From: a virus
Length of the DNA stretch: 64,000 nucleotides
IMG/VR virus record: IMGVR_UViG_3300032046_000008
Location: 1-64,000 of that record
Strand: one strand, 5' to 3'
A program made the position numbers and the translations under genes. Positions 25,848 to 36,087 of this stretch are shown in pieces; positions within the stretch are counted from its first letter, which is position 1; the number at the start of each line of letters is the position of its first letter. Under the pieces are notes generated by a model that was not told the DNA's origin, made no database searches, and saw only the letters and a program-made list of their open reading frames with translations.

Positions 25848-27546
25848 CTACCAATCTCCGCAACTGTGCTTCTGACCATCGTGCTCGCTCTTCTGTCGCT
25901 GCGCGATTTATCACATCGTCAAATAACATCTCTCGCTTTGCGAGTATCTTATTCATACCGACATCGATAGTGCCCTTGCACAATAATTTCACTACGTTGA
26001 CTGGCCGTTCTTGACCAATCCTGTGCAATCTGTCCTCACGTTGCACCATGCGAGAAGGATTCCAAAGCATATCTAGGTGGCAGATCATATCTGCACCTGT
26101 AATGTTCAGGCCGAAAGCTCCAGCATCCGTGCTGGCAAGTACCTTGCCTAATTCTCCTCTGTTGAATGCTTCTATCCTCGGCACTCTCTCCTCTGCCGGT
26201 ACATATCCTGCGATGATGGCTTCCTCCGGTAGCTCGAGTTCTTTCACGAGCAATTCTGCCATCTTAGCAAAGCGTGTGAAGACAACTGCTCGCCCTTCCC
26301 ATTCTGCCAACAATTCCCTCAGAGCTTCCAGCTTGGAGCCGTGGAAATTGTTATCCTTCTGGCTAATGAACCCCACAGGCCCACCCGAGAAAACCGTCTG
26401 ATCGCTCCCTTCGGGCGTTGCCAAAAGAGCCGGCGAGCTAGTAAATTGTTGCAGACGAAGTAATTGTGTGAGGACATTGGCTTCTGATGCAGATCGGCCA
26501 TGCTCTGCGAGCCAGAGGAGGAAAGCCCGCTTGATCTTCTCATACTCCTCTCGCTCCTCTGGCGAGAGATCGATCCATATCTCGTTATAGAGTTTTGGAG
26601 GCAGATAGGATGCAACCTCAGCCTTAGTGCGCCGGAGTAGCCATGGCGCTATTCTCTCTCGCAGCAATTCATGATTCTTGGAGCCTATTACGTTGCCCCA
26701 GAAGTCTAGTATCAAGTGCTGATCCCGAAAACGACTAAAACTGCCAAGAATCGTTGGTCGAAGCAAACTCATAATACCCCAGAGTTCTTCTAGGCGCATT
26801 TCCAGAGGAGTGCCTGTCAGAGCCCAGACATTATCAGAAGTCTGCACAATCCGTTGTACCCGTCTCCAGGTCTTGGTCTGTGTATTCTTACATTTCGTAA
26901 CTTCATCCAATACAAGAACATCCCATTTTCGATCAAAAGGCCAGTCCTGAAGAATAGTCTTCTCATAATTGGCAAGAACTATGCGACCACATTCGCCATG
27001 AGCATCAAAGTCTTGCCACATATCCTTGCGTTTGTTGTCGGGTACAATAAAGGGAACCCAACAATCCAAATATCCCCATTTTTCGATCTCGGCCAGCCAA
27101 TTCCAGAGCAAAGTTTTTGGAGCCAATATTAGAATATCAGCAGCCTTGATTACAAAGGCTGCATCTAATGCCTCCTTAGATTTTCCAAGGCCCATAGAAT
27201 CTCCCAAAATTCCTTTGCCTTGGAGCGCCAGAACCTCACTGCCTACCTTCTGGAAGCCATATTGTGCACCATTCAGATTCTGATATTTGACTTCCAGGAT
27301 CTTGTGTAGCTGCTGGCGAAATTGAGCTTCTCGCTCTCGCGCCGCAGGAGTAGATTGATAGATAAAATGATAACGCTCGAGGTCTAGCACAACTTCTGGT
27401 CCTGTGGCCAACCATGCACGAGAGGACTTGTCCCAGAAGAATCCTGGGCATTGTTTGACTGCCTTGACCGTAGCCTCGCTGTAAGGGAAGGTTAGACAGA
27501 AGCCTTGTTCGCCATGAACGTCGAGGAGGAGTTGCGAATTCATCAT
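25834..27546 (-). CDS. SNF2/SWI2-family helicase
   Basis: DSMGLGKS, LDEV, LTGTP, LRR.K.EV..LPPK, GLN...AD, WNP....Q..DR.HRIGQ. Confidence 0.92.
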   Translation of the reverse strand: MMNSQLLLDVHGEQGFCLTFPYSEATVKAVKQCPGFFWDKSSRAWLATGPEVVLDLERYHFIYQSTPAAREREAQFRQQLHKILEVKYQNLNGAQYGFQKVGSEVLALQGKGILGDSMGLGKSKEALDAAFVIKAADILILAPKTLLWNWLAEIEKWGYLDCWVPFIVPDNKRKDMWQDFDAHGECGRIVLANYEKTILQDWPFDRKWDVLVLDEVTKCKNTQTKTWRRVQRIVQTSDNVWALTGTPLEMRLEELWGIMSLLRPTILGSFSRFRDQHLILDFWGNVIGSKNHELLRERIAPWLLRRTKAEVASYLPPKLYNEIWIDLSPEEREEYEKIKRAFLLWLAEHGRSASEANVLTQLLRLQQFTSSPALLATPEGSDQTVFSGGPVGFISQKDNNFHGSKLEALRELLAEWEGRAVVFTRFAKMAELLVKELELPEEAIIAGYVPAEERVPRIEAFNRGELGKVLASTDAGAFGLNITGADMICHLDMLWNPSRMVQREDRLHRIGQERPVNVVKLLCKGTIDVGMNKILAKREMLFDDVINRAATEERARWSEAQLRRLVDGSD

Positions 27547-27556
27547 CCCAAAAACT

Positions 27557-27757
27557 TCAGACTCTTTGCTTCGCCTTTTTGATTGCGCACTCGGATTCTG
27601 CTAAAGCTTCTGAAAGTTTGTTAATCAATGTGCCCAATTGTCTACCTCGCTCATAATTGGCAGGACCGATCATAAGCGCATCTACTTCAACAATATACTC
27701 GAGCACAGATTGGCAAAGATCCTCTAATGCCTCCAAAACCTCGGGTTGCGCGTTCAT
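27557..27757 (-). CDS. Hypothetical protein (P.LLEAL...AI.KA family)
   Basis: Motif AQPEVLEALE...AIKKAK; coupled ORF. Confidence 0.55.
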   Translation of the reverse strand: MNAQPEVLEALEDLCQSVLEYIVEVDALMIGPANYERGRQLGTLINKLSEALAESECAIKKAKQRV

Positions 27758-28026
27758 CTAATCTCTGCGTCGCGCATACGCCCACAATCCGGGCAAGGCC
27801 GGCTACCCAGCAAACCTTCGATCCTATCATCTGGGTATGACATACCACAGAGAGGACAAAACCATGCTTTACAGTTCTGCCCGTTGGTTAGGACCATGTG
27901 ACATGGCCCCTGGTGAAAGTAGCCCATATCCTCTCGTAGAGCTTTGCCCTCACGCACACAACACACAGGATGATTTCTAATCCTTGCATCATAAAGATAG
28001 TTTCTAACCCTCTTGCTTAACATCAT
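27754..28026 (-). CDS. Zinc-finger-like hypothetical protein
   Basis: CPLCG...CPDCG. Confidence 0.55.
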   Translation of the reverse strand: MMLSKRVRNYLYDARIRNHPVCCVREGKALREDMGYFHQGPCHMVLTNGQNCKAWFCPLCGMSYPDDRIEGLLGSRPCPDCGRMRDAEIR

Positions 28027-28288
28027 CTCTAATCCCTGTGTACAAAGACTTCGTAATAACGAATACTGGCCCGAATCTCGCCGACAGAAAGTAATTCAGG
28101 CTTCATTATCTATGCCGCCATAGAAGTAATTTCTCCCAAAGTGTTCTTCTTCGCTTCTCCTCTAGCAAATCTAATCCTTTCTGTACCAATGTCTGGTTCT
28201 TCGGTATATAAGAACCATCGACAGAATGACCTGGATCAATTCCTTTCCAATTCTGGGACATAATTGATCTTCTTGTTTCCTCCACCTA

Positions 28289-28558
28289 TTACATCGTTGG
28301 AGCAAGTTCCTTTGGAGAGCTCAAAACTTTGAGATATTTCTCATGCAGAGAGACAAGTGCATAACCACCACGGAGTTCTGGACGAGAAACTTCTATAGTC
28401 CATATTCCTGGTTCTGGAGATTCCTCTCCTTGCCATCGTTTGCCAATTCTTCCACCTTCTCTAGTCTGATGGCAGATAATTCCTTCTTTCCCTCTGGCCC
28501 ATTTGGGAATTGCTTTAGAAGATTTGATTTTGACTTTCGTTCCACGTTCAATGTTCAT
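28289..28558 (-). CDS. Small SH3/KOW-like hypothetical protein
   Basis: MNIERGTKVKI...G.EG.I pattern; start inferred from overlap with the HNH stop. Confidence 0.45.
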   Translation of the reverse strand: MNIERGTKVKIKSSKAIPKWARGKEGIICHQTREGGRIGKRWQGEESPEPGIWTIEVSRPELRGGYALVSLHEKYLKVLSSPKELAPTM

Positions 28559-29157
28559 CCCAATTGGCGAAGAACTTTCTTTATCGATCTTATCTGCGCG
28601 TATTCGCAACCAGATCGCTCCATGTCTTTTATTTGTTCCTCAATAAGTTGTCTTAGTCCTTTACCATTGCGTGATGGAGGATTGCTTGGGCCTTGCTGTA
28701 AAAACCCTGCGAGTTCAGGACGTTCGACCAAAAGAGTTTTTAGATAGGGTTGAATACTATTCTTGTTGCGCATGGAAGATTTCTTAATTCGTAGACGCAA
28801 TTGCCCGCGTCTTCTTCCTAATTTCAACCCAGGATGATTGAACTTGGGTTTGTTGCAATCTTGGCAGCATGAAACAAGATTCTGAGGGACAGTCTTGCCT
28901 TTAGGCCATGGAACAACATGATCAATATTGGCATTTTCATAAGTGACTTCACGTTTGCAATATTGACAACGATATCTGTCTCTCTTTAGGACGAACATTC
29001 TTAATTTAGCAGGAGCATAATGATTATTTTTGAAGGCTTCCTGCAAGAAGAGAGTTTCTTTTCTACATTCTGGACTGCACCAACGAGATTTCTTTTCAAG
29101 TCGACTTTGACAACCTCTGCAATAATAAGGTTTTAGAATTCTTTGTTTATTTTTCAT
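28555..29157 (-). CDS. HNH endonuclease (McrA-like) with N-terminal Zn ribbon
   Basis: VLKRD...CQYC, IDHVVP...G, NLV.CC..CN..K. Confidence 0.85.
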   Translation of the reverse strand: MKNKQRILKPYYCRGCQSRLEKKSRWCSPECRKETLFLQEAFKNNHYAPAKLRMFVLKRDRYRCQYCKREVTYENANIDHVVPWPKGKTVPQNLVSCCQDCNKPKFNHPGLKLGRRRGQLRLRIKKSSMRNKNSIQPYLKTLLVERPELAGFLQQGPSNPPSRNGKGLRQLIEEQIKDMERSGCEYAQIRSIKKVLRQLG

Positions 29158-29345
29158 TCTTCAAATTTGTACTCTTAGAAGGGTTAGACCTGCCCCCTTC
29201 CCCAGAGTGGGGATCAGGGTCTCTTAGTGAGGGTTGAGCCTGCCCACGCAGTCATTGCAGCCTGTCCAGTCACGGCGTGGGTCACTGGGTCAAAGACTAG
29301 GGAGCAATGACGACTGTCTCCCTAACAGGCAAAAATGGTCAGAAC

Positions 29346-29639
29346 CTAAGCCCTGGCCAATTTGGATACAACAAAAGATCGCTGGTAGCGGTCTCTCATT
29401 CTCTTGACGAGTTCTCTGGTGCTAACAGAAATGGCTCCAAACCGAATTGCTTGTTGCCGTTTGCTAGGAGCCAGATCATAATGTGGGAATATTTCATCAT
29501 CTTGGAACCATGAGTATCGCAATCCGAGTTGGTGGGCAAAGGAATGCAATTCTTCTTCGTTCTCATCACTGACCATATGGCACCATGCTAAGTATCGCGT
29601 ACGGCTTTTGCAGTGGCGAAGTTTATCTATCAGAATCAT
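29346..29639 (-). CDS. DUF4031-family protein
   Basis: WCHMVSD...EELH.FA..LGL...WFQ....PHYDL..SKR..A...GA. Confidence 0.85.
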   Translation of the reverse strand: MILIDKLRHCKSRTRYLAWCHMVSDENEEELHSFAHQLGLRYSWFQDDEIFPHYDLAPSKRQQAIRFGAISVSTRELVKRMRDRYQRSFVVSKLARA

Positions 29640-29842
29640 CGTGATTCGTCAATGCAACAGCATTCTTGAATCTGGACTTCTACCCATTGGACAGGCCCAT
29701 CCGGTCCGTGATATTCTGGCGACATCTTGCCGATGGCAATTCTGGCTTTGTCTAAAGTCTTGGTCGTCGCTAGCGTTCTTGGGGATGTGCTCCGACCCCA
29801 TTTGTCCGCTGGCAAGAAACCGAGTACATGAAAATGGGTCAT
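29636..29842 (-). CDS. Small hypothetical protein, paralog of 38798..39031
   Basis: Shares THFHVLGFLP.DKWGRSTSPR.LATTKT and ECCC. Confidence 0.7.
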   Translation of the reverse strand: MTHFHVLGFLPADKWGRSTSPRTLATTKTLDKARIAIGKMSPEYHGPDGPVQWVEVQIQECCCIDESR

Positions 29843-29871
29843 TCGGAATCATCCCATTTTGGACATAAATA

Positions 29872-29922
29872 AGACCGCTCCTGGTGAAGACAGGCTGGGC
29901 ACCCGAAGTCCAGGAGCGGTCT
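29872..29922 (-). terminator. 13-bp perfect inverted repeat (possible terminator or processing stem)
   Basis: AGACCGCTCCTGG...CCAGGAGCGGTCT followed by TATTT on the minus strand; 25-nt loop is long for a terminator. Confidence 0.35.
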
Positions 29923-29997
29923 AAATGGCTCGCCGTCCGGCGGGGCGGCGGAAAGCCCAATTGTAAATTGCCCAGTTGTCTTCATGGTAACCTAATT

Positions 29998-30684
29998 TTA
30001 ACCCTTTTGATGAGAAAAGGAAAGTCCCCTCTCATCAAAGCTATTAGAACCTCTACTTTTCCATTTCCAAGTTGCTCCTGATTTGTGCCGTTTAGTATGT
30101 TCCGCTTGACTCGCAAAAAGTTCCAGATTATCTGGGCAGTCATCATCGATAATTCCATTGATATGGTGTATGACTTCCCCTGATAGGAGCGGTCTTCTAA
30201 TCATTTGTTCCATCGCCACATGTGCGCGAAAGCGCCAACCAGTTTTCGTCTTGATACACATACGACCCTGGACATGATGTGTACTGCCGATTGGCACCCC
30301 TTTACCTTCTCGCCCAATGCCTGGACCTTGTCCATAGATCTTCCACCAATCTCTTAAAGTCTTTGCAAATCTAACTTTTAGCATGGAACTTCTACGAGTC
30401 GCCCAACGAGCACGAAAATCAGAATTCTGCCAAAGGCGCTCCCTGATGACGCTAAGTTTCTCCCTTGTTTCTGCTGATTTCATTGCTGCGTTGATTTTTG
30501 CTCTATGTTCCGGAGAAAATATCTTATGCTTGCCCATAGCACTTGCACTCATCTTAGCACGAATCTCCGGAGACCAAGATCCACTTTTCCGGTTATGCCC
30601 TTGCGCAAAGCGGTTATTACATCTAGCCCCACATCCACATTCGCAAAGTTTCTCTGTCGTACTCGGCATGATTAAGTCTATCAA
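29998..30684 (-). CDS. Homing endonuclease (NUMOD3-like repeats plus HNH)
   Basis: CECGCG, SPE.RAK repeats, H...ME....R.L...E.IHHING...D....NL.L....EH...H. Confidence 0.85.
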   Translation of the reverse strand: MIDLIMPSTTEKLCECGCGARCNNRFAQGHNRKSGSWSPEIRAKMSASAMGKHKIFSPEHRAKINAAMKSAETREKLSVIRERLWQNSDFRARWATRRSSMLKVRFAKTLRDWWKIYGQGPGIGREGKGVPIGSTHHVQGRMCIKTKTGWRFRAHVAMEQMIRRPLLSGEVIHHINGIIDDDCPDNLELFASQAEHTKRHKSGATWKWKSRGSNSFDERGLSFSHQKG

Positions 30685-30839
30685 TCGGGATTATCAGGCT
30701 TCTTCAGGATTGCGCAAGGCAGCGCAACGATGAAGAGCGCCGAACCAAAGATCCACCATAAGAGAAAGTTGCCACCCTTACCATGCGCGATCGCCGCAGG
30801 TAAGATGCCGATTATAATTGCCAATATTAGGAGAGTCAT
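30681..30839 (-). CDS. Small membrane protein (52 aa)
   Basis: MTLLILAIIIGILPAAIAHGKG.NF..WW.FG..LFIVALP.A; below the track cutoff; AAGGA RBS. Confidence 0.65.
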   Translation of the reverse strand: MTLLILAIIIGILPAAIAHGKGGNFLLWWIFGSALFIVALPCAILKKPDNPD

Positions 30840-30891
30840 GCTCGTGTTTTATCCTTCACTTTATACATCGTTGCGAGGCTTTCCTTTGGAT

Positions 30892-31377
30892 TTACAGGAG
30901 TCCAAGAGCATGGTAAACCTTCTGCCGCGCCTCCTGTCGAATCTTGCCCTGCTCTGGGCCATTGATGCGCAAAGTATGATTTATCTCTGTCGCATTATAT
31001 CCAGAGGCTGGAGCCAGGAGTACTACTCTCTCCACCATGGAGAACGTTTGTACGACGAGCAAGATTTGATGGCTGACAATATTGACTTCAGCCATATGCT
31101 CTGGCTCCTGAGGAGCAGGTAGTTCATTATCTCCAAGCAGGTCGTATGGCACTTTCATCGAGCGCCGCATCCAATCGATGAGTAGATAACGAGTCTTCAG
31201 CCAGAGCCATGCCTCTAGATTTACGCCTCTCGTTGAATCAAAGATTCTGGCTGCTTCTGTGATGGCGACTAGACCTTCTGAGTAGGCCTCATCTCGTAGA
31301 TAACTCGGCACTGCGAGTTGATTGATGAGAGTTTCTACTATTGGCAAATGATCAGGCAATCCCTCTCGCCATGACAT
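30892..31377 (-). CDS. Sigma-70 family RNA polymerase sigma factor (regions 2 and 4)
   Basis: DE.YSEG..A..EAA..FD..RG......W.....LIDW.R and ER.V......GY...EI...L HTH. Confidence 0.8.
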   Translation of the reverse strand: MSWREGLPDHLPIVETLINQLAVPSYLRDEAYSEGLVAITEAARIFDSTRGVNLEAWLWLKTRYLLIDWMRRSMKVPYDLLGDNELPAPQEPEHMAEVNIVSHQILLVVQTFSMVERVVLLAPASGYNATEINHTLRINGPEQGKIRQEARQKVYHALGLL

Positions 31378-31378
31378 T

Positions 31379-31678
31379 TTAGTTCTCTTCTCTATGGATA
31401 ATCTTCCTTCCGTCTCGATAACCAAAAGGCCTCTCGGCGGCATGGAGATAGGCTAATACTGTGCGCGCATCCTCCTTTTCCAGAAGATTGTACAGATATG
31501 CCTCACTGAAGAATGGTGCTTCGTCGTCTCCTTCCTCATAATACTCCGAATTCTTGTCAAGATGTCCTGGAAGTTTGAATTCCCACAATTCCCTTAGAGC
31601 TTTCTCGAACTGGAAGATTTGCTCTTCAAGTTGCTCTATATGTTTCTCAAGAATTTCAAGAGTCCGTTCTTGTGCCAC
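31379..31678 (-). CDS. Hypothetical protein
   Basis: Strong RBS; tiles with neighbours. Confidence 0.55.
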   Translation of the reverse strand: MAQERTLEILEKHIEQLEEQIFQFEKALRELWEFKLPGHLDKNSEYYEEGDDEAPFFSEAYLYNLLEKEDARTVLAYLHAAERPFGYRDGRKIIHREEN

Positions 31679-31961
31679 TTGCGATCTCCTTCATTGCCTC
31701 GATGGCGGTACGCTTCTTGCAAGGATTGACTACTTCTGCTAACTCATAGGCGATTACCCGATGCTCACATTGGTCGCAGATATCATCGTGAGCGGCCAGT
31801 GCCAAATCCATAGCAACGACCATGTCCTGCTCGCAGGTATGAGGCACTCCCGCTTTAGCGGCCATCTCTGCAACAATACCTTCCATCCGTCCAGAGCCGC
31901 ACCGAGGACAATGGGATTGTGCGACCCGCTTGACTTCTGCTATACCTTCCTCAACCTTCAA
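31656..31961 (-). CDS. Cys-rich hypothetical protein
   Basis: CPRCG...HTC...CDQC; GGAGG RBS. Confidence 0.5.
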   Translation of the reverse strand: MKVEEGIAEVKRVAQSHCPRCGSGRMEGIVAEMAAKAGVPHTCEQDMVVAMDLALAAHDDICDQCEHRVIAYELAEVVNPCKKRTAIEAMKEIASGTRTDS

Positions 31962-32463
31962 CTTTCACCTCCTCCTTCGCAGTGCTAGCATAGACACCAA
32001 CTTCCATCAATTCTTGGTCTTGCTTTGTGGCACGTCGCCGTACTCTATGCGGAACAGGCTTCACTTCCTGCACACTTGATTCCACTACGGAGACTGCAAT
32101 CCGCTCGTTCTCCACTGCCCTTGCGAGTTTGGCCTGGTCTACCTTGCGCTCGATGACTGTGATATCATTCCACAACCGCTGCGCCTTTGCCTTTGGCAGA
32201 AACTCGAAAATGGCCTTCTTCAGTTTCTCTTCATCCAACTTAGAAGATGAGCGATGTATTTCTCGGGAGAGCACCCAACCATCATCGCAGATAAAGCGAC
32301 CCGTCTCTTCCAGACCAACTTGCTCCACAAAGATGGCAAAAATGCGCTTCCAGACTTCATCATGCTCGCCTTGATAGCGGGCAATCATGTCCAGAATCTC
32401 AGCAAGTTGATTCTCGCACAGATTGAGTTCTGTATCTCTTGTAGGGGTAACTTGAGAAATCAT
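31951..32463 (-). CDS. Hypothetical phage protein
   Basis: LDEEKL...KVD..KL..AV pattern; AAGGA RBS. Confidence 0.6.
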   Translation of the reverse strand: MISQVTPTRDTELNLCENQLAEILDMIARYQGEHDEVWKRIFAIFVEQVGLEETGRFICDDGWVLSREIHRSSSKLDEEKLKKAIFEFLPKAKAQRLWNDITVIERKVDQAKLARAVENERIAVSVVESSVQEVKPVPHRVRRRATKQDQELMEVGVYASTAKEEVKVEG

Positions 32464-32628
32464 GATTGTTATCCTTTCTCAGTTCTTGTAATAGGCTTCC
32501 AATTAGGATTCTCCGGTCCAAAGACCTTCCTCCAGAGTTCCATGAAATCGGAGTCAGTTTCTTTATGTGCCGTTCCATGCTTATGAGGCTCAATGCCTGG
32601 TCCTTGATGTTTACGTATCATGGCACAA

Positions 32629-33003
32629 CTAGAGCACCGCTCTCCGCATCTCTCGTAGATCTTCTAGGAACGACGGGACAGAGCGGCAGATAATATCTGC
32701 AATTGTCATTGCATCCTGAATATCGCGATTGTTAGGAATGATACACACTGTCTCATTGTTAGCATCTAAGATTGTGATCTGTGCCCAACTGTAATGTGGA
32801 TCCTCCTTATGCGCAATCCGCCAAGGCAAGATAATAGGCGGAAGGTTGTTTGCTTCTTTTCTCGGAGCCCATTGTGTCCCACAATTAGTGCAAGTCGCTA
32901 TAATTGGTTCCATAACGACAAAGCCTTGATGATTGCACCCAGGAGCCAACCATTGATCTGCGGGAGTTATCATTATCCAATCAACAGGGATTCTTTGCGG
33001 CAT
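32629..33003 (-). CDS. Hypothetical protein
   Basis: C.H...CTNCG followed by LPW module; start inferred. Confidence 0.5.
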   Translation of the reverse strand: MPQRIPVDWIMITPADQWLAPGCNHQGFVVMEPIIATCTNCGTQWAPRKEANNLPPIILPWRIAHKEDPHYSWAQITILDANNETVCIIPNNRDIQDAMTIADIICRSVPSFLEDLREMRRAVL

Positions 33004-33341
33004 TATAATCCTCTTCTCTGCTTTGCAGCTTCTACAATTTTGCGCCGTTCCTGCAGCTCGCCGCTGGGTTGCCATCGTTGTTCGTGGTATCGGCGCAACC
33101 ATTCTATGGTCCGACCATCTGCTTCTGCTCGAGTTATTCTGATCACGAGTCCCGCATGTTGACCGGTCACTTCCTCCTGGGGATACAATCGACGATTCAT
33201 TTTGTGCACTCGAATAAAATCTCCGGGGTCTGTGTATTGTTCCTCGGCCAGTTGATAGAGTTGACCATTGTCACCGACTGCGAGATCACCAGGATTCAGC
33301 AGTTGCTGTCTGGTGCCATCAGGTTTAGGCCAATGTTTCAA
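33003..33341 (-). CDS. Hypothetical protein
   Basis: Coupled ORF. Confidence 0.5.
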   Translation of the reverse strand: MKHWPKPDGTRQQLLNPGDLAVGDNGQLYQLAEEQYTDPGDFIRVHKMNRRLYPQEEVTGQHAGLVIRITRAEADGRTIEWLRRYHEQRWQPSGELQERRKIVEAAKQRRGL

Positions 33342-33802
33342 TGTCCTTCTGCCTCTCTAATTGTTCTGCGCAGAAATTCGCCTTCATTATCATCATCGTC
33401 CAACAGATGTGGAACTATTGATGGACCATGCTTGGTAAGTAAACACATGACTGCTTTTGCATGCGCCAGCAATTTGGGGGCAGAAGCAATAAGGTGCGCA
33501 TTTGGCATGACTTCCTCTGGTGGCATATTAGGTGAGCCGCGAATGAAGGCGATCACTCGACCTTCCTGCCGGACACTCTCTGCGCATTCTATCACAATGC
33601 GTCCACGATCAACTTCGCATCCTGGCCATTCGGTTATCTGCCACGGCCCTGGTGTTGGCCCAGAAATAACTGTGCAGTCATGCTCATTCCAACAGGCGTT
33701 GCACATCACTTCCTGGCATAGATCACACCGCATCGTATTGTTTGGGGCGAAGACATCCTCGCATCCGTAACAAATCTCCACTTGTGGTTCACCTGGCATC
33801 AC
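33338..33802 (-). CDS. Zn-finger plus TPGPW...NA.LIA.AP.LL phage module protein
   Basis: C..C...C..C...C..C; TPGPW and NAHLIASAPKLL motifs. Confidence 0.7.
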   Translation of the reverse strand: MMPGEPQVEICYGCEDVFAPNNTMRCDLCQEVMCNACWNEHDCTVISGPTPGPWQITEWPGCEVDRGRIVIECAESVRQEGRVIAFIRGSPNMPPEEVMPNAHLIASAPKLLAHAKAVMCLLTKHGPSIVPHLLDDDDNEGEFLRRTIREAEGH

Positions 33803-34557
33803 AGTTTCCCTCTTGCCTGCTTATGTGCTATGTGTCGATTGACCTGCACTTCTCGATGCAGGCTAGCAGCCCGTCGCCTTCGCCCCTGGTGCGTCAACAT
33901 ACCAGCAGGCTTTGGTTGCTTGGGCTTGGGCACCAGTTCCCTATGGACTTTCACGTACTTATGCTTTCCCATCCTCTTCCTGCACTTTCTCAAACTGCGC
34001 CAACGAGCTGGCCACAATGCGCAGATTCTCCAATGTCTCTGGCCATCGATTCTGCCAGCGCAGAACCTTCTCTACCTCCTCGCCATGACCAGAACGAATG
34101 GCTGCGGCTGCATGCCGAAGACCCCAGAAGAAGTTGTTACTGATAGAATTGATGCTCATCTCTGCTCCTCTCTTGCCATTCCAATACATTTCTTGCAAGC
34201 ATATCCATTGCCAACCTTGGCTGCCTGCTTCGAGACTGGCCTGTTGCAAAACTGACATCGCAGAAGCTGTTGCTTGCGCGGTGCAGATTTGTAGATGAAC
34301 TTTGCCTGAGCATAACCGAGATTCATCTGACTTGCCTTGCCGCTTGCTTGTCCATGCGCGCTTGGATAGCGAAGAGTTGATTCCTCGCTCTCTTCAAACC
34401 ATGACGTATTCTCGTGGCGCTCCTACAAAAACTGCAATAATCATCGCGCTCGTGATAATCAGTGCATAGTTGGCGAAGATCTTCTTGAGCATCTCCAGCG
34501 GCAAGCAGCACCGACCATATCCAACCTGTTGGCAATGATTTAGTCATATTGTTTCTT

Positions 34558-34842
34558 CTAACTTGCCCTCTCTTCTGGCCGAAGAAATTCCAGCACCTGT
34601 GCTCTTTGCCGAAGTTCCACCATTCTTGCATCGAAGAGCTTCTGCCAGAGGCGAGGCTTACTGCGCCGATTTACATAGCGAGAGGCATGCAATGCTGCCC
34701 GCATCTCCAGACTCTTAGGCCGACCTCGTAGGGTTGCCGAACGTCTTAGGTTAGCTTCTGTTGGAAAACGCATATTGTTTCTCCGAGGTCTTATAGGATT
34801 ACAAATCCTACAAGGAATCCTATACCGTAGCCTATTGCGCAT
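34558..34842 (-). CDS. NUMOD3-like basic ORF (possible endonuclease remnant)
   Basis: R.SATLRGRPKS.E.R motif; no nuclease domain. Confidence 0.35.
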   Translation of the reverse strand: MRNRLRYRIPCRICNPIRPRRNNMRFPTEANLRRSATLRGRPKSLEMRAALHASRYVNRRSKPRLWQKLFDARMVELRQRAQVLEFLRPEERAS

Positions 34843-34882
34843 CCAAGGCCTGCGTAGATCCCGTAAGTTATGCGCCTTATTT

Positions 34883-35224
34883 CTAGCCTAGGTGCTTTGC
34901 ACGAGGGACAGAAATCCGGCAATTCCTTTTGCATCTTTGTCTTTCTTCCTTCTCCGCCCTCTCGATAGCGGCGCGGGCCTCAGCCGCCCGAATCCGTAGC
35001 CACAAAGCCTCTACAGGCTGGAACTCCTGGGCCTCCCAGTTGAAGTGCTGGTCGCAGGCTTCGGCTGCTGTCGCTAGCAGGCCAAGCGCCGCCAGGAGGT
35101 CGGCGTTGGTGGCCTCAAGCTTCTCAACCGCCTTAATCACCGGGTCTGTTGCCATCTCCCCTTCGCGGAGAGTCCGACTAAGGGGTGTAACTGGCTGCCC
35201 CAACTCAAACTTGGTCTCGTTCAT
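34883..35224 (-). CDS. Hypothetical protein (DLLAAL...ARAAI..A family)
   Basis: Motif plus GGAGG RBS. Confidence 0.55.
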   Translation of the reverse strand: MNETKFELGQPVTPLSRTLREGEMATDPVIKAVEKLEATNADLLAALGLLATAAEACDQHFNWEAQEFQPVEALWLRIRAAEARAAIERAEKEERQRCKRNCRISVPRAKHLG

Positions 35225-35760
35225 GATTCCCTCTCCGTCTCCTCTATGGCCTCGCGGGCATGAATGGCGGCTGGCACACGGTCAAGGCCCTTGTGTGACA
35301 GTTGCTCTAGACACTCTTTCAGCGCGGCCAGGAGCTTGGCCTGGCTGTTGGCGGCCTTAGCAGCGGCATACCTATCTGCTCGGCTGACTGCCAACGTGCG
35401 ATGATGGCAGGTCCATGCTCCCTCGTTTGGGTCAAGGCAGTCGATCAAGGATTGTCTTGCGCCCGCCTCTATGACGGCAAGTCGCTCTGCACATGATTCC
35501 TCCATCTTTTCAATGGCCGCTGCAGGCCAAGGACCATAGACTTCCTCACCAATACGAATCGAGTATCGCCTTGCTCCTAAGCGATGCCCTCGCTCGCGGC
35601 GATATGGAGAATTTGTCATCGCACTATGGTTGATCTTTTCAATGTAACCAATTTGGCCAAGTAGATATTGCCAAGGCAATTTGAACCAAGGAGACCAATG
35701 TGGATCTCTAATGCAAACCTTATCGCCGACTTCTGCAATCGCGCCCTTAGGGTCTCTCAT
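35221..35760 (-). CDS. Hypothetical protein (SH3-like N-terminus)
   Basis: VGDKV.I...G.I; ATGA coupling. Confidence 0.55.
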   Translation of the reverse strand: MRDPKGAIAEVGDKVCIRDPHWSPWFKLPWQYLLGQIGYIEKINHSAMTNSPYRRERGHRLGARRYSIRIGEEVYGPWPAAAIEKMEESCAERLAVIEAGARQSLIDCLDPNEGAWTCHHRTLAVSRADRYAAAKAANSQAKLLAALKECLEQLSHKGLDRVPAAIHAREAIEETERES

Positions 35761-36087
35761 GACTTCGAATCCTTCCTCTCGCTATTCGAGATGCGCGAGA
35801 GAGGCCGAAAACAATTGGGCCTATGGCTTGGGTTAGGTCTGCTCATTTAATCAACTTCTCCGCGCTTCTCATGCGCTGCCTTCACTGCCTCCCAAATGAG
35901 CCGATCAGCATCGCGCAATTCCTTCTCCACAACATTCAGCAAATCTTCATCCAGTATTGCGCGCGGCACCTGTCGCAGTCGCAGGATTCCATCTAGGATA
36001 TTGTCTAAGAATTCACTTGGTTTACTCATGAACCTCTGGCTCCTTGAAGTTCTCGCATGCCCTTAAGATCTACTTCAAATCTGTTGC

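Noticed and set aside
11335-27546. Inteins in DnaE, DnaB or SNF2
   Set aside because: Lengths are normal or compact, and no C...HN intein boundaries or LAGLIDADG blocks are evident
28555-29345. IscB/omegaRNA (HEARO) system
   Set aside because: The protein is only 200 aa with no PLMP or RuvC motifs; kept only as a generic HNH plus structured leader
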